Below, one piece after another: positions 12,259 to 26,400 of a stretch of 64,000 bases of DNA (position 1 is the first letter of the stretch; every line of letters begins with the position of its first letter). Made by a program: the position numbers and the translations under genes. Source of the DNA: Macrostomum lignano (Eukaryota); contig NIVC01000897.1 in NCBI GenBank assembly GCA_002269645.1, forward strand, positions 248,001 to 312,000. The letters run 5' to 3'. A model generated the notes under the pieces. That model searched no databases, was not told where the DNA came from, and saw only the letters and a list, made by a program, of their open reading frames with translations.

Positions 12259-14524
12259 TGTGGCACAGATGAGGAGTGGCACAGATAAGGTGTGGCACAG
12301 ATAAGGTGTGGCACAGATAAGGTGTAGCACAGATAAGGTGTAGCACAGATAAGGTGTGGCACAGATAAGGTGTGGCACAGATAAGGTGTAGCACAGATAA
12401 GGTGTAGCACAGATAAGGTGTGGCACAGATAAGGTGTGGCATAGATAAGGTGTGGCACAGATAAGGTGTGGCACAGATAAGGTGTGGCACAGATAAGGAG
12501 GTGTGGCACAGATAAGGTGTAGCACAGATAAGGTGTAGCACAGATAAGGTGTGGCACAGATGAGGAGTGGCACAGATAAGGTGTGGCACAGATAAGGTGT
12601 GGCACAGATAAGGTGTAGCACAGATAAGGTGTAGCACAGATAAGGTGTAGCACAGATAAGGTGTGGCACAGATAAGGTGTGGCACAGATAAGGTGTGGCA
12701 CAGATAAGGTGTGGCACAGATAAGGTGTGGCACAGATAAGGTGTGGCACAGATAAGGTGTAGCACAGATAAGGTGTAGCACAGATAAGGTGTAGCACAGA
12801 TAAGGTGTAGCACAGATAAGGTGTGGCACAGATAAGGTGTGGCACAGATAAGGTGTAGCACAGATAAGGTGTAGCACAGATAAGGTGTGGCACAGATAAG
12901 GTGTAGCACAGATAAGGTGTGGCACAGATAAGGTGTGGCACAGATAAGGTGTAGCACAGATAAGGTGTAGCACAGATAAGGTGTGGCACAGATAAGGTGT
13001 GGCACAGATAAGGTGTGGCACAGATAAGGTGTAGCACAGATAAGGTGTAGCACAGATAAGGTGTAGCACAGATAAGGTGTGGCACAGATAAGGTGTAGCA
13101 CAGATAAGGTGTGGCACAGATAAGGTGTGGCACAGATAAGGTGTAGCACAGATAAGGTGTAGCACAGATAAGGTGTGGCACAGATAAGGTGTGGCACAGA
13201 TAAGGTGTAGCACAGATAAGGTGTAGCACAGATAAGGTGTGGCACAGATAAGGTGTAGCACAGATAAGGTGTGGCACAGATAAGGTGTGGCACAGATAAG
13301 GTGTAGCACAGATAAGGTGTAGCACAGATAAGGTGTGGCACAGATAAGGTGTGGCACAGATAAGGTGTGGCACAGATAAGGTGTAGCACAGATAAGGTGT
13401 AGCACAGATAAGGTGTAGCACAGATAAGGTGTGGCACAGATAAGGTGTGGCACAGATAAGGTGTGGCACAGATAAGGTGTGGCACAGATAAGGCTGGCAC
13501 AGATAAGGTGTGGCACAGATAAGGTGTGGCACAGATAAGGTGTAGCACAGATAAGGTGTAGCACAGATAAGGTGTAGCACAGATAAGAAGGTGTGGCACA
13601 GATGAGGAGTGGCACAGATAAGGTGTGGCACAGATAAGGTGTAGCACAGATAAGGTGTAGCACAGATAAGGTGTAGCACAGATAAGGTGTGGCACAGATA
13701 AGGTGTGGCACAGATAAGGTGTGGCACAGATAAGGTGTGGCACAGATAAGGTGTGGCACAGATAAGGTGTGGCACAGATAAGGTGTAGCACAGATAAGGT
13801 GTAGCACAGATAAGGTGTAGCACAGATAAGGTGTGGCACAGATAAGGTGTGGCACAGATAAGGTGTGGCACAGATAAGGCTGGCACAGATAAGGTGTGGC
13901 ACAGATAAGGTGTGGCACAGATAAGGTGTAGCACAGATAAGGAGGTGTGGCACAGATAAGGTGTGGCACAGATGAGGTGTGGCACAGATGAGGTGTGGCA
14001 CAGATAAGGTGTGGCACAGATGAGGTGTGGCACAGATGAGGTGTGGCACAGATGAGGTGTGGCACAGATAAGGTGTGGCACAGATGAGGTGTAGCACAGA
14101 TAAGGTGTAGCACAGATAAGGTGTGGCACAGATGAGGTGTGGCACAGATGAGGTGTGGCACAGATAAGGTGTGGCACAGATAAGGTGTGGCACAGATAAG
14201 GTGTGGCACAGATAAGGCTGGCACAGATAAGGTGTGGCACAGATAAGGTGTGGCACAGATAAGGTGTAGCACAGATAAGGTGTGGCACAGATAAGGTGTA
14301 GCACAGATAAGGTGTAGCACAGATAAGGTGTAGCACAGATGAGGTGTAGCACAGATAAGGTGTAGCACAGATAAGGTGTAGCACAGATAAGGTGTAGCAC
14401 AGATAAGGTGTAGCACAGATAAGGAGGTGTGGCACAGATGAGGAGTGGCACAGATAAGGTGTGGCACAGATAAGGTGTGGCACAGATAAGGAGGTGTGGC
14501 ACAGATAAGGCTGGCACAGATAAG
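12259..14524. repeat. Minisatellite, 16-bp unit (GATAAGGTGTGGCACA / GTAGCACA), ~140 copies, in the GPCR intron
   Basis: Period 16 (ATAAG at 12301 and 12317). Confidence 0.98.
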
Positions 14525-14551
14525 CAGGTGGGCACTCAAGCCAATAGCTAC

Positions 14552-15112
14552 CTGCGAGTTGATACAGCAGATCAGAAAGCAGATGGCGGCCACCACAATA
14601 GCGGCCCGCTTGACGGTGCAGAGCTGGCGGGCCTGGAACGGCAGCAGCACCCAGATGGCGCGGTCGATGGTGACGGCCACGAGCACCCAGGCGCTGATCT
14701 GCGATGACGAGTAGTTGAGGTAGAGAACCAGCTTGCAGGCGACAGTGCCGATGTCCCGGATGTGCCTGTTGGACTCGAATACGGCCGCCGACACCGCCTT
14801 GACTGTCGGGCCGATCAGCAGCACCAGGATGTCAACGGAGGCCAAAGCGGCAAAGTAGAATGCTGTGCTGGTCTTCCTCAGGTTGGGCACCCGCAGCACC
14901 AGGATGGTGAGGATGTTGCCGGCGATGCCAAACAGCGCGATCAGGCCGGCCAGGGTCATCTCCAGGCCCACGAAGGCCGGCAGGATGGCTTCGAGGCCGG
15001 CTTTGCCCGAGAGACTGCGACGAGAAGAGATATATTGGTTGCTATGGGGACTGGGAGTAATGTATAACAAGTACGGGCTTGAATGAATTTGGGGTGAGGC
15101 TGCGAGCATCAT
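14552..15112 (-). CDS. Class A GPCR coding exon with TM1-TM4; 5' boundary uncertain (ATG at 15112, or acceptor at 15016-15015)
   Basis: TM1 [14 protein letters not shown]2 [13 protein letters not shown]3 CKLVLYL...[10 protein letters not shown]4. Donor CAG|GTAGCT at 14551, phase 0, joins the 10626 exon in frame ([14 protein letters not shown]). 428 aa if started at 15112. Confidence 0.88.
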
Positions 15113-15117
15113 GGCGA

Positions 15118-15750
<633 letters not shown>

Positions 15751-16107
15751 ATTGTGGTGCAGGGAATATTTCTTGCACATGATTGCATTTTCTTACCAGC
15801 CAGTGCTAGCAGTTTAAAAGATCAGATTAATAGGTACTTTATTAATGGCAGCCAAATAGAACTTATAGAATGTAACTAGAGGCTTTGAAGTGGCCATGCA
15901 AACGTCACACAAAGCCAAGAAAGTGAGACAAGGCTGAGATTTCTCTTGGCTTATAATTTTACTTTTAGACTAGAAAGTTCCCTTGTCTTTAGCTCGCGTT
16001 CATTTTGGTCCGTGCCAGTCCAAATTCAGGGATCCAAAGCAGTAATTATAGTTTAACGAAATTTCGGAATCTTCATGGATCATGTTTTCGGGATTCTAGG
16101 TTCTCGA

Positions 16108-16640
16108 AGCTGCAAGCTGTCAAGTTTCCAAGCTGTCAAGCTTCCAAGCTGTCAAGTTTCCAAGCTGTCAAGCTTCCAAGCTGTCAAGCTTCCAAGCTGT
16201 CAAGCTTCCAAGCTGTCAAGCTTCCAAGCTGTCAAGCTTCCAAGCTGTCAAGCTTCCAAGCTGTCAAGCTTCCAAACTGTCAAGCTTCCAAGCTGTCAAG
16301 TTTCCAAGCTGTCAAGCTTCCAAGCTGTCAAGCTTCCAAGCTGTCAAGCTTCCAAGCTGTCAAGCTTCCAAGCTGTCAAGCTTCCAAGCTGTCAAGCTTC
16401 CAAGCTGTCAAGCTTCCAAGCTGTCAAGCTTCTAAGCTGTCAAGCTTCCAAGCTGTCAAGCTTCCAAGCTGTCAAGCTTCCAAGCTGTCAAGCTTCCAAG
16501 CTGTCAAGCTTCTAAGCTGTCAAGCTTCCAAGCTGTCAAGCTTCCAAGCTGTCAAGCTTCCAAGCTGTCAAGCTTCCAAGCTGTCAAGCTTCCAAGCTGT
16601 CAAGCTTCCAAGCTGTCAAGCTTCCAAGCTGTCAAGCTTC
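16108..16640. repeat. Minisatellite, 16-bp unit (CAAGCTGTCAAGCTTC), a dimer of an 8-mer, ~33 copies
   Basis: Direct tandem repetition. Confidence 0.97.
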
Positions 16641-17586
16641 AGAGCAACAAAACCGAGAGATGCGAAAGCAACAGAAGCAAATTATAATCGAATAAAATCT
16701 GCAGTCGAGCAAAAAGTCCCAAATCGACTGACTCTGCACCCGTCAAAGGCGTCGACCTATTAATTTACCGCCCTGACCTTTGTTTGCAATTAAACAAAAG
16801 ATGGAAATTAGTAGGAGCCGAAGTTTGAGAAAAATTGAAAGGAAGACTTATTTAAGCTCTTGATAACAAGGGCGGCAATTCTGATTTGAAGCAAGGTCGG
16901 CAGTCGCGTGATAGAAATACATGCGATGCGACAAGAGCCCCTCAGGGTTTCTTCTGTCCTTGATCTACAGAATGCAGTCTACAGACAATTTTTTTTAACC
17001 GCCAGCGTTTCAAGGTACGGCAGCAGTTATTAGTCTTTGATATTTTTGAACTAATTTGTCTAATGAATCAGGACAAAGGTAGATGAGGAATCCCCATGAG
17101 CTCATTTATTCCCCACACGACCGCCTTTCCTCCCGTCTCTCCGGAGGTCCTAATTGAAACGCTGGCGGGCGGCTTCTGTTGATTTCACCTCATTTTTTCT
17201 CTCTAGTCTTCCTTTCGATTTTCAAGCGCTCCCCCCCCTCAGCGGGGCTCAGGAGGGGGATGAATATTCGAATTGAAAACCCGCGGCGCTTGCCTCGCAG
17301 CTGGCGATGTCGAACAACATTCGACATTCTAGGCAGAGCGAGCAGTGAGGAAAACAACAAAAACAGGGGGGGGGTCGCGTATGGATCTTAGATCGCGGAT
17401 TTGTACTCTTCAGCACCGGACGCGGGATTTTCGAATCCAGCTTGGCCGGGAGGCCGCGGATTAGCAATTCGATCGAATTCCAGCTGCTCGTTGCTGACCA
17501 AAACTGCGGCCTAATAAACTTGCTAAAACTGGATTGCTATGGACATCTTACGAATAACTACCGATCGGATTCGAACTGAATTACTG

Positions 17587-18191
17587 AAGCTTCTACACTG
17601 CCAAGGACTTCCAAAGTGCTGCTGGACTATCCAATGGATTCAAGATCCATATTAAAGCTTCTACATCGCCAAGGACTTCCAAACTGCTGCTGGACTGTCC
17701 AATGGATTCAAGATCCATATTAAAGCTTCTACATCGCCAAGGACTTCCAAAGTGCTGCTGGACTATCCAATGGATTCAAGGTAGATAAGTCAGCTTCTAC
17801 ATCGCCAAGGACTTCCAAAGTGCTGCTGGACTGTCCAATGGATTCAAGATCCATATTAAAGCTTCTACATCGCCAAGGACTTCCAAAGTGCTGCTGGACT
17901 GTCCAACGGATCCAAGGTAAATAAGGTGGCATTACTAGACCTTCTACATCGCCAAGGACTTCCAAAGTGCTGCTGGACTGTCCAATGGATTCAAAATCCA
18001 TATTAAAGCTTCTACATCGCCAAGGACTTCCAAAGTGCTGCTGGACTATCCAATGGATTCAAGGTCCATATTAAAGCTTCTACATCACCAAGGACTTCTA
18101 AAGTGCTGCTGGACTGTCCAATGGATTCAAAATCCATATTAAAGCTTCTACATCGCCAAGGACTTCCAAAGTGCTGCTGGACTATCCAATG
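17587..18191. repeat. Tandem repeat, ~68-bp unit (AAGCTTCTACATCGCCAAGGACTTCCAAAGTGCTGCTGGACT..), ~9 copies
   Basis: Direct repetition with variable 3' tails. Confidence 0.93.
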
Positions 18192-19147
18192 CACTGCTGG
18201 GACTGATAGTGACGGAGCTCAAAATCAAGCAAGCATTTTTGAGCAGCGCAGTAAACTCACAGGCTAGTTGAATTGTCATGCACAGCATCATCCATGACAG
18301 CCGCTATTCTGTGTAAAGTGCAATCAACGCTTTAAATTTGAATCGGTTCTGCAGATTAAAACTGTCTAGAACTTTTAGGCTCTATAATTTTTACAAGCTT
18401 ATATACTGGCCAGTGAATCCGTTGCAGTCCTGTTGGGATATTTCCATGCAGGAGTGGCCACTGGTTGGCCGCTTTCTGCTTCAGCTAGCTATTGAGGAAT
18501 TGCTTTGGCTCTGATTGGCCGGGAGGCCGGAGCGAGCAAATTGGGTCTGGGAGCACCGTCTGAGCTCTCCAAGCTCTCTTTATTCAGCCAGCAGTGCCCC
18601 CCCTGCCCTAACTAAGTTCTCAGTTACGGCATAGAAATTGAAATTTCCGGACCAAAAATTCAACGCCAGTTCGCATAATCGATTCTCATATTGACTGACA
18701 ACGGATCGGGGGGGGGGGTCGGAGACGAACCGCGGCGTGAACTCAGGAAGTAGAAAAGAGTTGTCTAGATCAGGGGTCGGCTAACTTGTTCACGTCAAGG
18801 GCCTTGACTTGAAGAGACGCAAACCTTGAGTGGCCGGTTTGCTGTTGTGAAGTTTCAAGGGACCCCAAGGGGCCGGACCTGGTCTGGAAAGTCCTGACAA
18901 CGGCATCCGAGTACTCAAAACCCGGATCTGACTGCATGCTAAACAATTTCTTGCGAGCGCCTTTTTTCACGTCAAGCCGACTGGGATGAATTACCTGGGC
19001 GCGGATTATCGATTTGCGTTGCAATGCGATCGCGCTCTTTGACTGCAAGGCTGGCCAAACAATGGCGATGACAGCAGAACCGGAGCTCTCTAAGAGATAT
19101 TATTATCGCTAAGATGAATCGCTTCCCTCTTTCTTCTTGATCTTAAT

Positions 19148-19330
19148 CAGGGGTCAGCGAACTCCGGTCCGCGGGTCGCATGCGGCCAGCGAAGCCTCTC
19201 TATCGGCCCCCCTAAGGTTTGTCTCTTCTCAGCTCTCTTATCTACTCTCTCCTCTCCTCTGGCCCGCAGTCATACGCGCTAGATTCTCTATCTGGCCCTC
19301 GAGGCAAAAGTTTAACTTTGCCGAACCCTG
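19148..19330 (+). mobile_element. hAT-type MITE (Charlie/MER58-like termini), 183 bp
   Basis: Ends CAGGGGTCAGCGAAC ... TTTGCCGAACCCTG. 8-bp flanks ATCTTAAT/ATCTAAAT (7/8 match, NTCTAGAN-like). A further left end, GTCTAGAT|CAGGGGTCGGCTAAC, lies at 18771. Confidence 0.8.
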
Positions 19331-20087
19331 ATCTAAATCAAGCAAAAGTGCAAGTCTATTCACTCCTAGCAGAATAAGTAAGTATAGCGCCAATAGCCCA
19401 GTTAGATATATTTTATCAAGTCTACGAGTATTTGAATTAGAAATAGAAAAATAAAGGCCTCAAAACAGTATATAATTTTATATAAACTATACGCAATAAT
19501 ACTGGCCAATTCAGCGTCATAGCGCCGCTCTCTCTCTGTCTCTCTCCTCTTTCTCCAACTGTCGCATGGACTCGCCGAAGCGTGCGGTCGCCCCGCAGCA
19601 CTTTCATCAATCAATACAAGCCGGCTATAGGCGCAGCGGACGGAGATCGCTGGCTGGCTGCGTGGGAAAAAAGGATTTCTCTATATTGGCGCCGACAACC
19701 AAACTGAGGGACGGAGAGATACAGACAGAGTTATCCTCTTCAATCCCAGATTTCGAATAGGCCTGCAGCAATGCTTGGTCCGCCTCGCCACAGAACACCC
19801 AGACAAAACAGAGTGGCTGTGGCCTGCAGAGACAGCTATCTATATACAGTGCACAACAATAATTTGCATTATCAACTGGGCCAGCCGGCCATGCAGCCAG
19901 ATGGCCACTGCGACTTAAAACAGATTACCAAGGGATTCCATTACTCAGAGATGGGAAAATGCACTTCAAGCCACAGGCCTCCAATAGCGGCCCTTTTAAA
20001 TATAGATCACTGATGAAACTGCAGAGATAAATTTGCGATGCTGTACCTTTATGGTTGCACGGATGGCAAATGGATGTTTTAGGGCTT

Positions 20088-21212
20088 GAAGGTTGACACA
20101 GATAAGCGGGTGGACACAAGCGAAATGTAGAATCTGCAGATACACAGAAGCGGAAGGTGGACACAGAAGCGGAAGGTGGACATAAGCGGAAGGTGGACAC
20201 AAGCGGAAGGTGGACACAAGCGGAAGGTGGACACAAGCGGAAGGTGGACATAAGCGGAAGGTGGACACAAACGGAAGGTGGATATAAGCGGAAGGTGGAC
20301 ACTAACGGAAGGTGGACACAAGCGGAAGGTGGACACAAGCGGAAGGTGGACATAAGCGGAAGGTGGACACAAACGGAAGGTGGACACAAGCGGAAGGTGG
20401 ACAGAAGCGGAAGGTAAACACAGAGAAGCGGAAGGTGGACACAAGCGGAAGGTGAACACAAGCGGAAGGTGGACACAAGCGGAAGGTGAACACACACAAG
20501 CGGAAGGTGGACACAAGCGGAAGGTAAACACAGAGAAGCGGAAGGTGGACACAAGCGTAAGGTGGACACAAGCGGAAGGTGGACATAAGCGGAAGGTGGA
20601 CACAAACGGAAGGTGGACATAAGCGGAAGGTGGACACTAACGGAAGGTGGACACTAACGGAAGGTGGACACAAGCGGAAGGTGGACACAAGCGGAAGGTG
20701 GACATAAGCGGAAGGTGGACACAAACGGAAGGTGGACACAAGCGGAAGGTGGACAGAAGCGGAAGGTAAACACAGAGAAGCGGAAGGTGGACACAAGCGG
20801 AAGGTGAACACAAGCGGAAGGTGGACAAAAGCGGAAGGTGAACACACACAAGCGGAAGGTGGACACAAGCGGAAGGTAAACACAGAGAAGCGGAAGGTGG
20901 ACACAAGCGGAAGGTGGACACAGAAGCAGAAGGTGGACACAAGCGGAAGGTGGACACAGAAGCGGAAGGTGGACAGAAGCGGGAGGTGGAAACAAGCGGA
21001 AGATGGACACAGAGAAGCGGAAGGTGGACACAAGAGGAAGGTGGACACAAGCGGAAGGTGGACACAAGAGGAAGGTGGACACAAGAGGAAGGTGGACACA
21101 AGCGGAAGGTGGACACAAGCGGAAGGTGAACACACAGAAGCGGGAGGTGGAAACAAGCGGAAGATGGACACAGAGAAGCGGAAGGTGAACACAGAGAAGC
21201 GGAAGGTGGACA
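20088..21212. repeat. Minisatellite, ~17-bp unit (AAGCGGAAGGTGGACAC) with length variants
   Basis: Direct tandem repetition. Confidence 0.96.
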
Positions 21213-21981
21213 CAGGGTGCAAGATGGAGATGGCAAAATCCATCAAAACCAGGTGTTATCTTATAAAAGAGAAAAGCCATCGCAGAAATTCCTGTTTACA
21301 GTTGTCGCCACGCAGTAAAATTAATTAAGATAAAAAGGTCAGCTCATCGCAATTAGTTTATTAGTAGTGCGCGGGTCTAAGGAACAGTATAAATTAAAGG
21401 AATAACAAAAAACGGTAAACTGGACATCAAGCAGGCCTATATTAGCAGAGGTTTCTAGAGTTGAATACAATAGGCCAACAATATATAGAAGGTTGGCGAT
21501 TAACAAGAGCGCGATAGGCAACACACACACAGCAAAGTAATTAGTTAAATAAGTGCGCAAAAATTTTACAATCAAGAAATAAAACAAATGAAAGATGCGA
21601 GGCTGCTTGGCTAAGCTAAAAATACACGAGACCCTGATTCGCTTCCAATGAGAGTGAAAAAAAACAAAGGATTAACGGACCAGCGAGCAATTATAGGAAT
21701 TTGGAATTGACAACAGGGGATACGGGATTAATCAATAAAATTATTGACGCAACAGGGGCTGCTGCTATGCCAGCGCAATCCTGCAGTATTAGTGCCGCTG
21801 AGTGGTGATAGGAAATCTAGTCTGTGCAAGCTAAATAAAGCAATATATTACAATGCTTTTATCTAGCCAGTTAGCAAAGCACTTAGCCCATCGCTCTTCG
21901 CCTTTTATTAGGGAATCCAGTGGAAAAAGAGAAATACATTAAATTGTATGCTTACTGGCGTCATATCAGGCTGACGACTTA

Positions 21982-22592
21982 GAGGATCTGGGACTGTGGC
22001 TCAGCCTGAGGATCTGGGACTGTGGCTCAGTCTGAGGATCTGGGACTGTGGCTCAGCCTGAGGATCTGAGATTGTCGCTCAGTCAGAGGATCTGAGATTG
22101 TGGCTCAGCCTGAGGATCTGGGACTGTGGCTCAGCCTGAGGATCTGGTACTGTGGCTCAGTCTGAGGATCTGAGATTGTGGCTCAATCTGAGAATCTGAG
22201 ATTGTGTCTCAGTCTGAGGATCTGAGATTGTGGCTCAGCCTGAGGATCTGGGACTGTGGCTCAGCCTGAGGATCTGGTACTGTGGCTCAGTCTGAGGATC
22301 TGAGATTGTGGCTCAATCTGAGAATCTGAGATTGTGTCTCAGTCTGAGGATCTGAGATTGTGGCTCAGCCTGAGGATCTGGGAGGCTGGCTACTCAGCCT
22401 GAGGATCTGGGAGGCTGGCTACTCAGCCTGAGGATCTGGGGGGCTGGCTACTCAGCCTGAGGATCTGGGAGGCTGGCTACTCAGCCTGAGGATCGGGGAG
22501 GCTGGCTACTCAGCCTGAGGATCTGGGAGGCTGGCTACTCAGCCTGAGGATCGGGGAGGCTGGCTGTAGCTCAGCATGAAGATATGGGAGGC
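21982..22592. repeat. Minisatellite, 26-bp units grading into 29-bp units (TGAGGATCTGGGA..CTCAGCC); reverse complement of the 3088-3955 family
   Basis: The reverse complement of CTCAGCCTGAGGATCTGGGAGGCTGGCT matches the AGCCAGCCTCCCAGATCCTCAGGCTGAG units at 3088+. Confidence 0.95.
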
Positions 22593-23247
22593 ATACACAC
22601 TAATAGCAGGATAATTACAGGGGATGTTAATTAAATGAAATTAACAATTAAATAATGAGACGACAACACCAATTAAATCTGAAAGTATGTACAGTATCTC
22701 TCCCTCCCATGCCTTATTCTCTCATTAACAGCTAAGCTACTAGAGCTTGAGAAAAGTGCCAAGAAGAAAAGCGCAATAAATACAGAAGAATTACAGGAAG
22801 CCAGCTAGGGTTGATAATGCGAGGCTATAAGCGTTCAAGCAACATTAAGTTTGCCGTCTACCAGGCTACACAAATGATAATTAACAATTATTGAACAATA
22901 TGATACACGTATAAGGACGATTAATAACGCCCAGAGGAAGGTAGGGGTGCAGTAACAAAGTAATCAAAAAAAGGAAAGCAAAACAGGTAGTGTCGGGGCG
23001 CGATATGTTATCTAGAAATGTCTGCTCAGTCTAGCTTAAGCGTTACTACCTACCTGTAAATTGAAACGCTACGCTAAGGACAGAAACCCCTCTAGCTATT
23101 GGCAAATAATTAAAATAATTGTCACGTATAATATATTAGTTAGCAATTATCTAGTCATCTAATTATTCATGCAAACTGGAGCGACTGCTGCGGAGACACG
23201 ATTCTATAACAGGTGACAGGTAAGAGTTCTCAGACATAGTAAGCCCT

Positions 23248-23615
<368 letters not shown>

Positions 23616-23767
23616 AAGTCTTTAATCGCTAAAAAAAGATCGAACAATCAATAAAAAGCCAGAGCAGTCGTTCACGACGTCGCGAGCAATAATAATAATA
23701 GTAATAAAAAACAACAGTTTAGTAACAGAGGCTGATATAACAGACGAAAGTTCTCTCAGCCAAGCCC

Positions 23768-23916
23768 TCAGAGCTTGTCAACTTTGCTTTTAACCACAAC
23801 GGGATTGGCCTTGCGAATCTCAGCTTGGCCCACGCCCTGATAATCAAATTGACAGTCGTGCTTGTCGCTGTATCTGTGCACTGAGCAGTAGACTCCGCCG
23901 CAGCGGCACTCGAAGC
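23768..23916 (-). CDS. ZFAND5/6: A20/AN1 zinc-finger protein, last coding exon (C-terminal half of the AN1 finger)
   Basis: Acceptor ccAG at 23918-23917, phase 1. Encodes (G)[48 protein letters not shown], the canonical ZFAND5/6 C-terminus. This frame is not in the ORF track. Confidence 0.95.
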
Positions 23917-23983
23917 CTGGAGTGTTTTTTTATAATACAGACAGTAAAGCGTATGGAAGATTCGAGCCGAATATTCAACAGGC

Positions 23984-24439
23984 TCACAGATACTAGAATA
24001 ACTAGCTGGGCCACTCAGCACATTTGCGTGTAAGCTACTTTCAGCTTATTAGCAAGTTAAACCGAAGCATTTTAATGTATTTTTAAAGCCAAGGCTTATT
24101 TATTGGCTCTTACCCCCAGCTTAAACCCTCCAATCGCGCCTTTCCACCCTACCCCCCCCCCACCGCCCCACCCCAATTTTTATTTCCTTTCTCGGAATTC
24201 CAGCCTAAAGCTGCCATGTACATTTCAGTGGACTGGCTAATGTACATTATGGCTGAACCAATTAGCAAGTTGTTTACGCCTGCAAGCTTGGGCTGCTTGA
24301 CTTATCAATATCGTTTCAGCTGGCTTTATTTTTATAAAATAGCTTATGTATTCTTCTTTGCTACTGAACTGAAAGTAGAAAGCTGTTTTATTGGGTATTT
24401 ATGGCTGAGTGGCCCATCTAGTTATTTTAGTATCTGTGA
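23984..24439. mobile_element. Unclassified fold-back/MITE-like element with 36-bp terminal inverted repeats and a 6-bp flanking direct repeat
   Basis: 23984-24019 versus 24404-24439 inverted, 34/36 identical. ACAGGC on both sides (23978-83 and 24440-45). Confidence 0.6.
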
Positions 24440-24833
24440 ACAGGCCTAAGGTTCTTTCCTTTCCAATTCTATCTAATTGGCTAATGCTAGGCGATAGCAA
24501 ATTCTTATGACAGGACTGGCTAATATGCTAATGGGCTAATAAACTAATGACTTAATTGTTGAATAAAATAGCTGTCTAAAAAACTGATTGTCTAATGCAA
24601 AAATTGTCAAATGCAATAATTTTCTAATGAACTAATTGTCCAGTTAAATTTTGTTAATTAACTATTAGCTAATAAACTATTTGCCTAATTAATTAATTTC
24701 CCCTAATTAAACCATTGTGTGATGAAATATTTGTCTAATGAATAAATTAAATAGCAAGCTGACTAACTAGTTGCTTAATGAACTGTTCGTATAGAAAATT
24801 ATTTAAGAGCAGTAGTATATATAAATAGCTTAC

Positions 24834-24959
24834 CGGTTAGTCCAACCTTCTTTTTACAAATTTCGCATCGATTTCTACGCTTACTACTGCTAGTAGTTGA
24901 CGACGAGCCGGCAGCCGATTGTGGCTGCTGAGAATCGGAAGATTCAGCCGCGCTGGCCT
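24834..24959 (-). CDS. ZFAND5/6: A20/AN1 zinc-finger protein, coding exon 3 (linker and start of the AN1 finger)
   Basis: Acceptor tttcttttgcAG at 24961-60 and donor G|GTAAGC at 24833. Encodes EASAAESS...KRRNRCEICKKKVGLTG, phase 1 to 1. Confidence 0.93.
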
Positions 24960-25176
24960 CTGCAAAAGAAATTGAGCACGCACGCATGATGTAACAGATG
25001 CAGTGTAATGATTTCTTTCACGCTATGGTTTTCGCCATAGACAGAAGCTGGGAGCCAATTAAAAAGAACATAAATTTTTTGTATATCTCAAATCAAACTA
25101 AAAAACTCTTAACAGACGCCTAAACGAAAGTAGTATCGTTAACTGACAGAGTAGCTTATTTAGTAAACCCCTATTT

Positions 25177-25724
25177 TAGGGATCGCTAAACTCCAGTCTG
25201 CGGTCCACATGCGGCCCGTAAAGCCACTTTATCCGGAATCCGGGTCTTTTGAAACTTCAAAATAGCAATCCGGCCCGCTCAAGGTTTGTCTCTGCTCAGC
25301 TGTTTTCTCTCCTCTCTCCTCTCCCCTCTTCTTTCTCCTCTCTCCCCTTTTCTTTCTCCTCTCTCCCCTCTCTTTATCCTCTCCCCCCTCCTCTCTCTCC
25401 TCTCTCCCCTTTTCTTTCTCCTCTCTCCCCTCTCTTTATCCTCTCTCCCCTCCTCTCTCTCCTCCTATCTTCCTCCTCTCTCCTATCTTCCTCTCCTCCT
25501 ATCTCCCTCCTCTCTCCTATCTTTCTCTCCTCTTATCTCCCTCCTCTCCTATCTCCCTCCTCTCTCCTATCTCCCTCCTCTCTCCTATCTTCCTCTCCTC
25601 CTATCTCCCTCCTCTCCTATCTTTTATCTCACATCTCATCTATTTTTTCCGCTCTCAACTGGCCCGCGACCATGATCTGAATTCTGTATCTTGTCCTTAA
25701 GGTAAATAAGCTTGCCGACAGCTG
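25177..25724 (+). mobile_element. Degenerate hAT MITE copy with an internally expanded CT-rich tract
   Basis: Shares TTTGAAACTTCA.AATAGCAATCCGGCCCGCTCAAGGTTTGT and the 3' GGCCCGC...TTGCCGAC with 26110-26400. Termini are decayed. Confidence 0.75.
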
Positions 25725-25840
25725 CCTAGTAACTGGTGGTTCAGAAATGAAATGAAATTTTCGCATTCCCAGAAAACTACTCCAGCATCCGGAGTCTCTA
25801 ACGAAGCAATTAAACTCACAATTAAAAGCATTCAGCTTAC

Positions 25841-25996
25841 CAGACGAGTTCACGCTAAGGAACGACGAGGTTGACAGATTTGACGTCAGGGCGCCGGCCG
25901 GCTGTGCTGGCAGCAGCGAAGGCGCAGCGTCAGGCGTTGAAATGGCATCGGAGGCGGCGGCGGCGGCGGTAGAATGAGCGGCACGCAGAGAAGAAG
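25841..25996 (-). CDS. ZFAND5/6: A20/AN1 zinc-finger protein, coding exon 2 (Ala/Ser-rich linker)
   Basis: acgcAG acceptor at 25998-97 and G|GTAAGC donor at 25840. 156 nt, open, phase 1 to 1. It is needed because splicing exon 1 directly to exon 3 makes a TAG. Confidence 0.8.
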
Positions 25997-26109
25997 CTGC
26001 GTAAATGTTTTTGAGTCATAGTTTGAATCAGGTGGAACAGGGGGCAGGGTGAGCTGTCCCCTTTCCTCTAAGATTATTGACTCAAGGGTTTCTGCAGGAT
26101 CCCCAAAGC

Positions 26110-26400
26110 CAGGGATCGGCGAACTCCGGTCCGCGGGCCATACGCGGCCCTCGAAGCCTCTCTCCGGCTTTCGGGTCCTTTGAAACTTCACAATAGCAAT
26201 CCGGCCCGCTCAAGGTTTGTGACTCTGCTCAGCTCTGTCTCCTCTCTCTTCTCTCCCTTCTCCCGTCTTCTCTATCTCTTTTCCTCTTCCCTCTCCCCTT
26301 TTCTCTCCTCTTTTATCTTTCCTTGTCACTCTTATTGGCCCGCAGACAAGAGCTGAATTCCCTATCTGGCCTTTGAGGTAAAAAAGTTTGCCAACCCCTG
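26110..26400 (+). mobile_element. hAT-type MITE, 291 bp, with a perfect 8-bp TSD
   Basis: CAGGGATCGGCGAAC ... GTTTGCCAACCCCTG, flanked by CCCAAAGC at 26102-26109 and 26401-26408. Confidence 0.9.
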
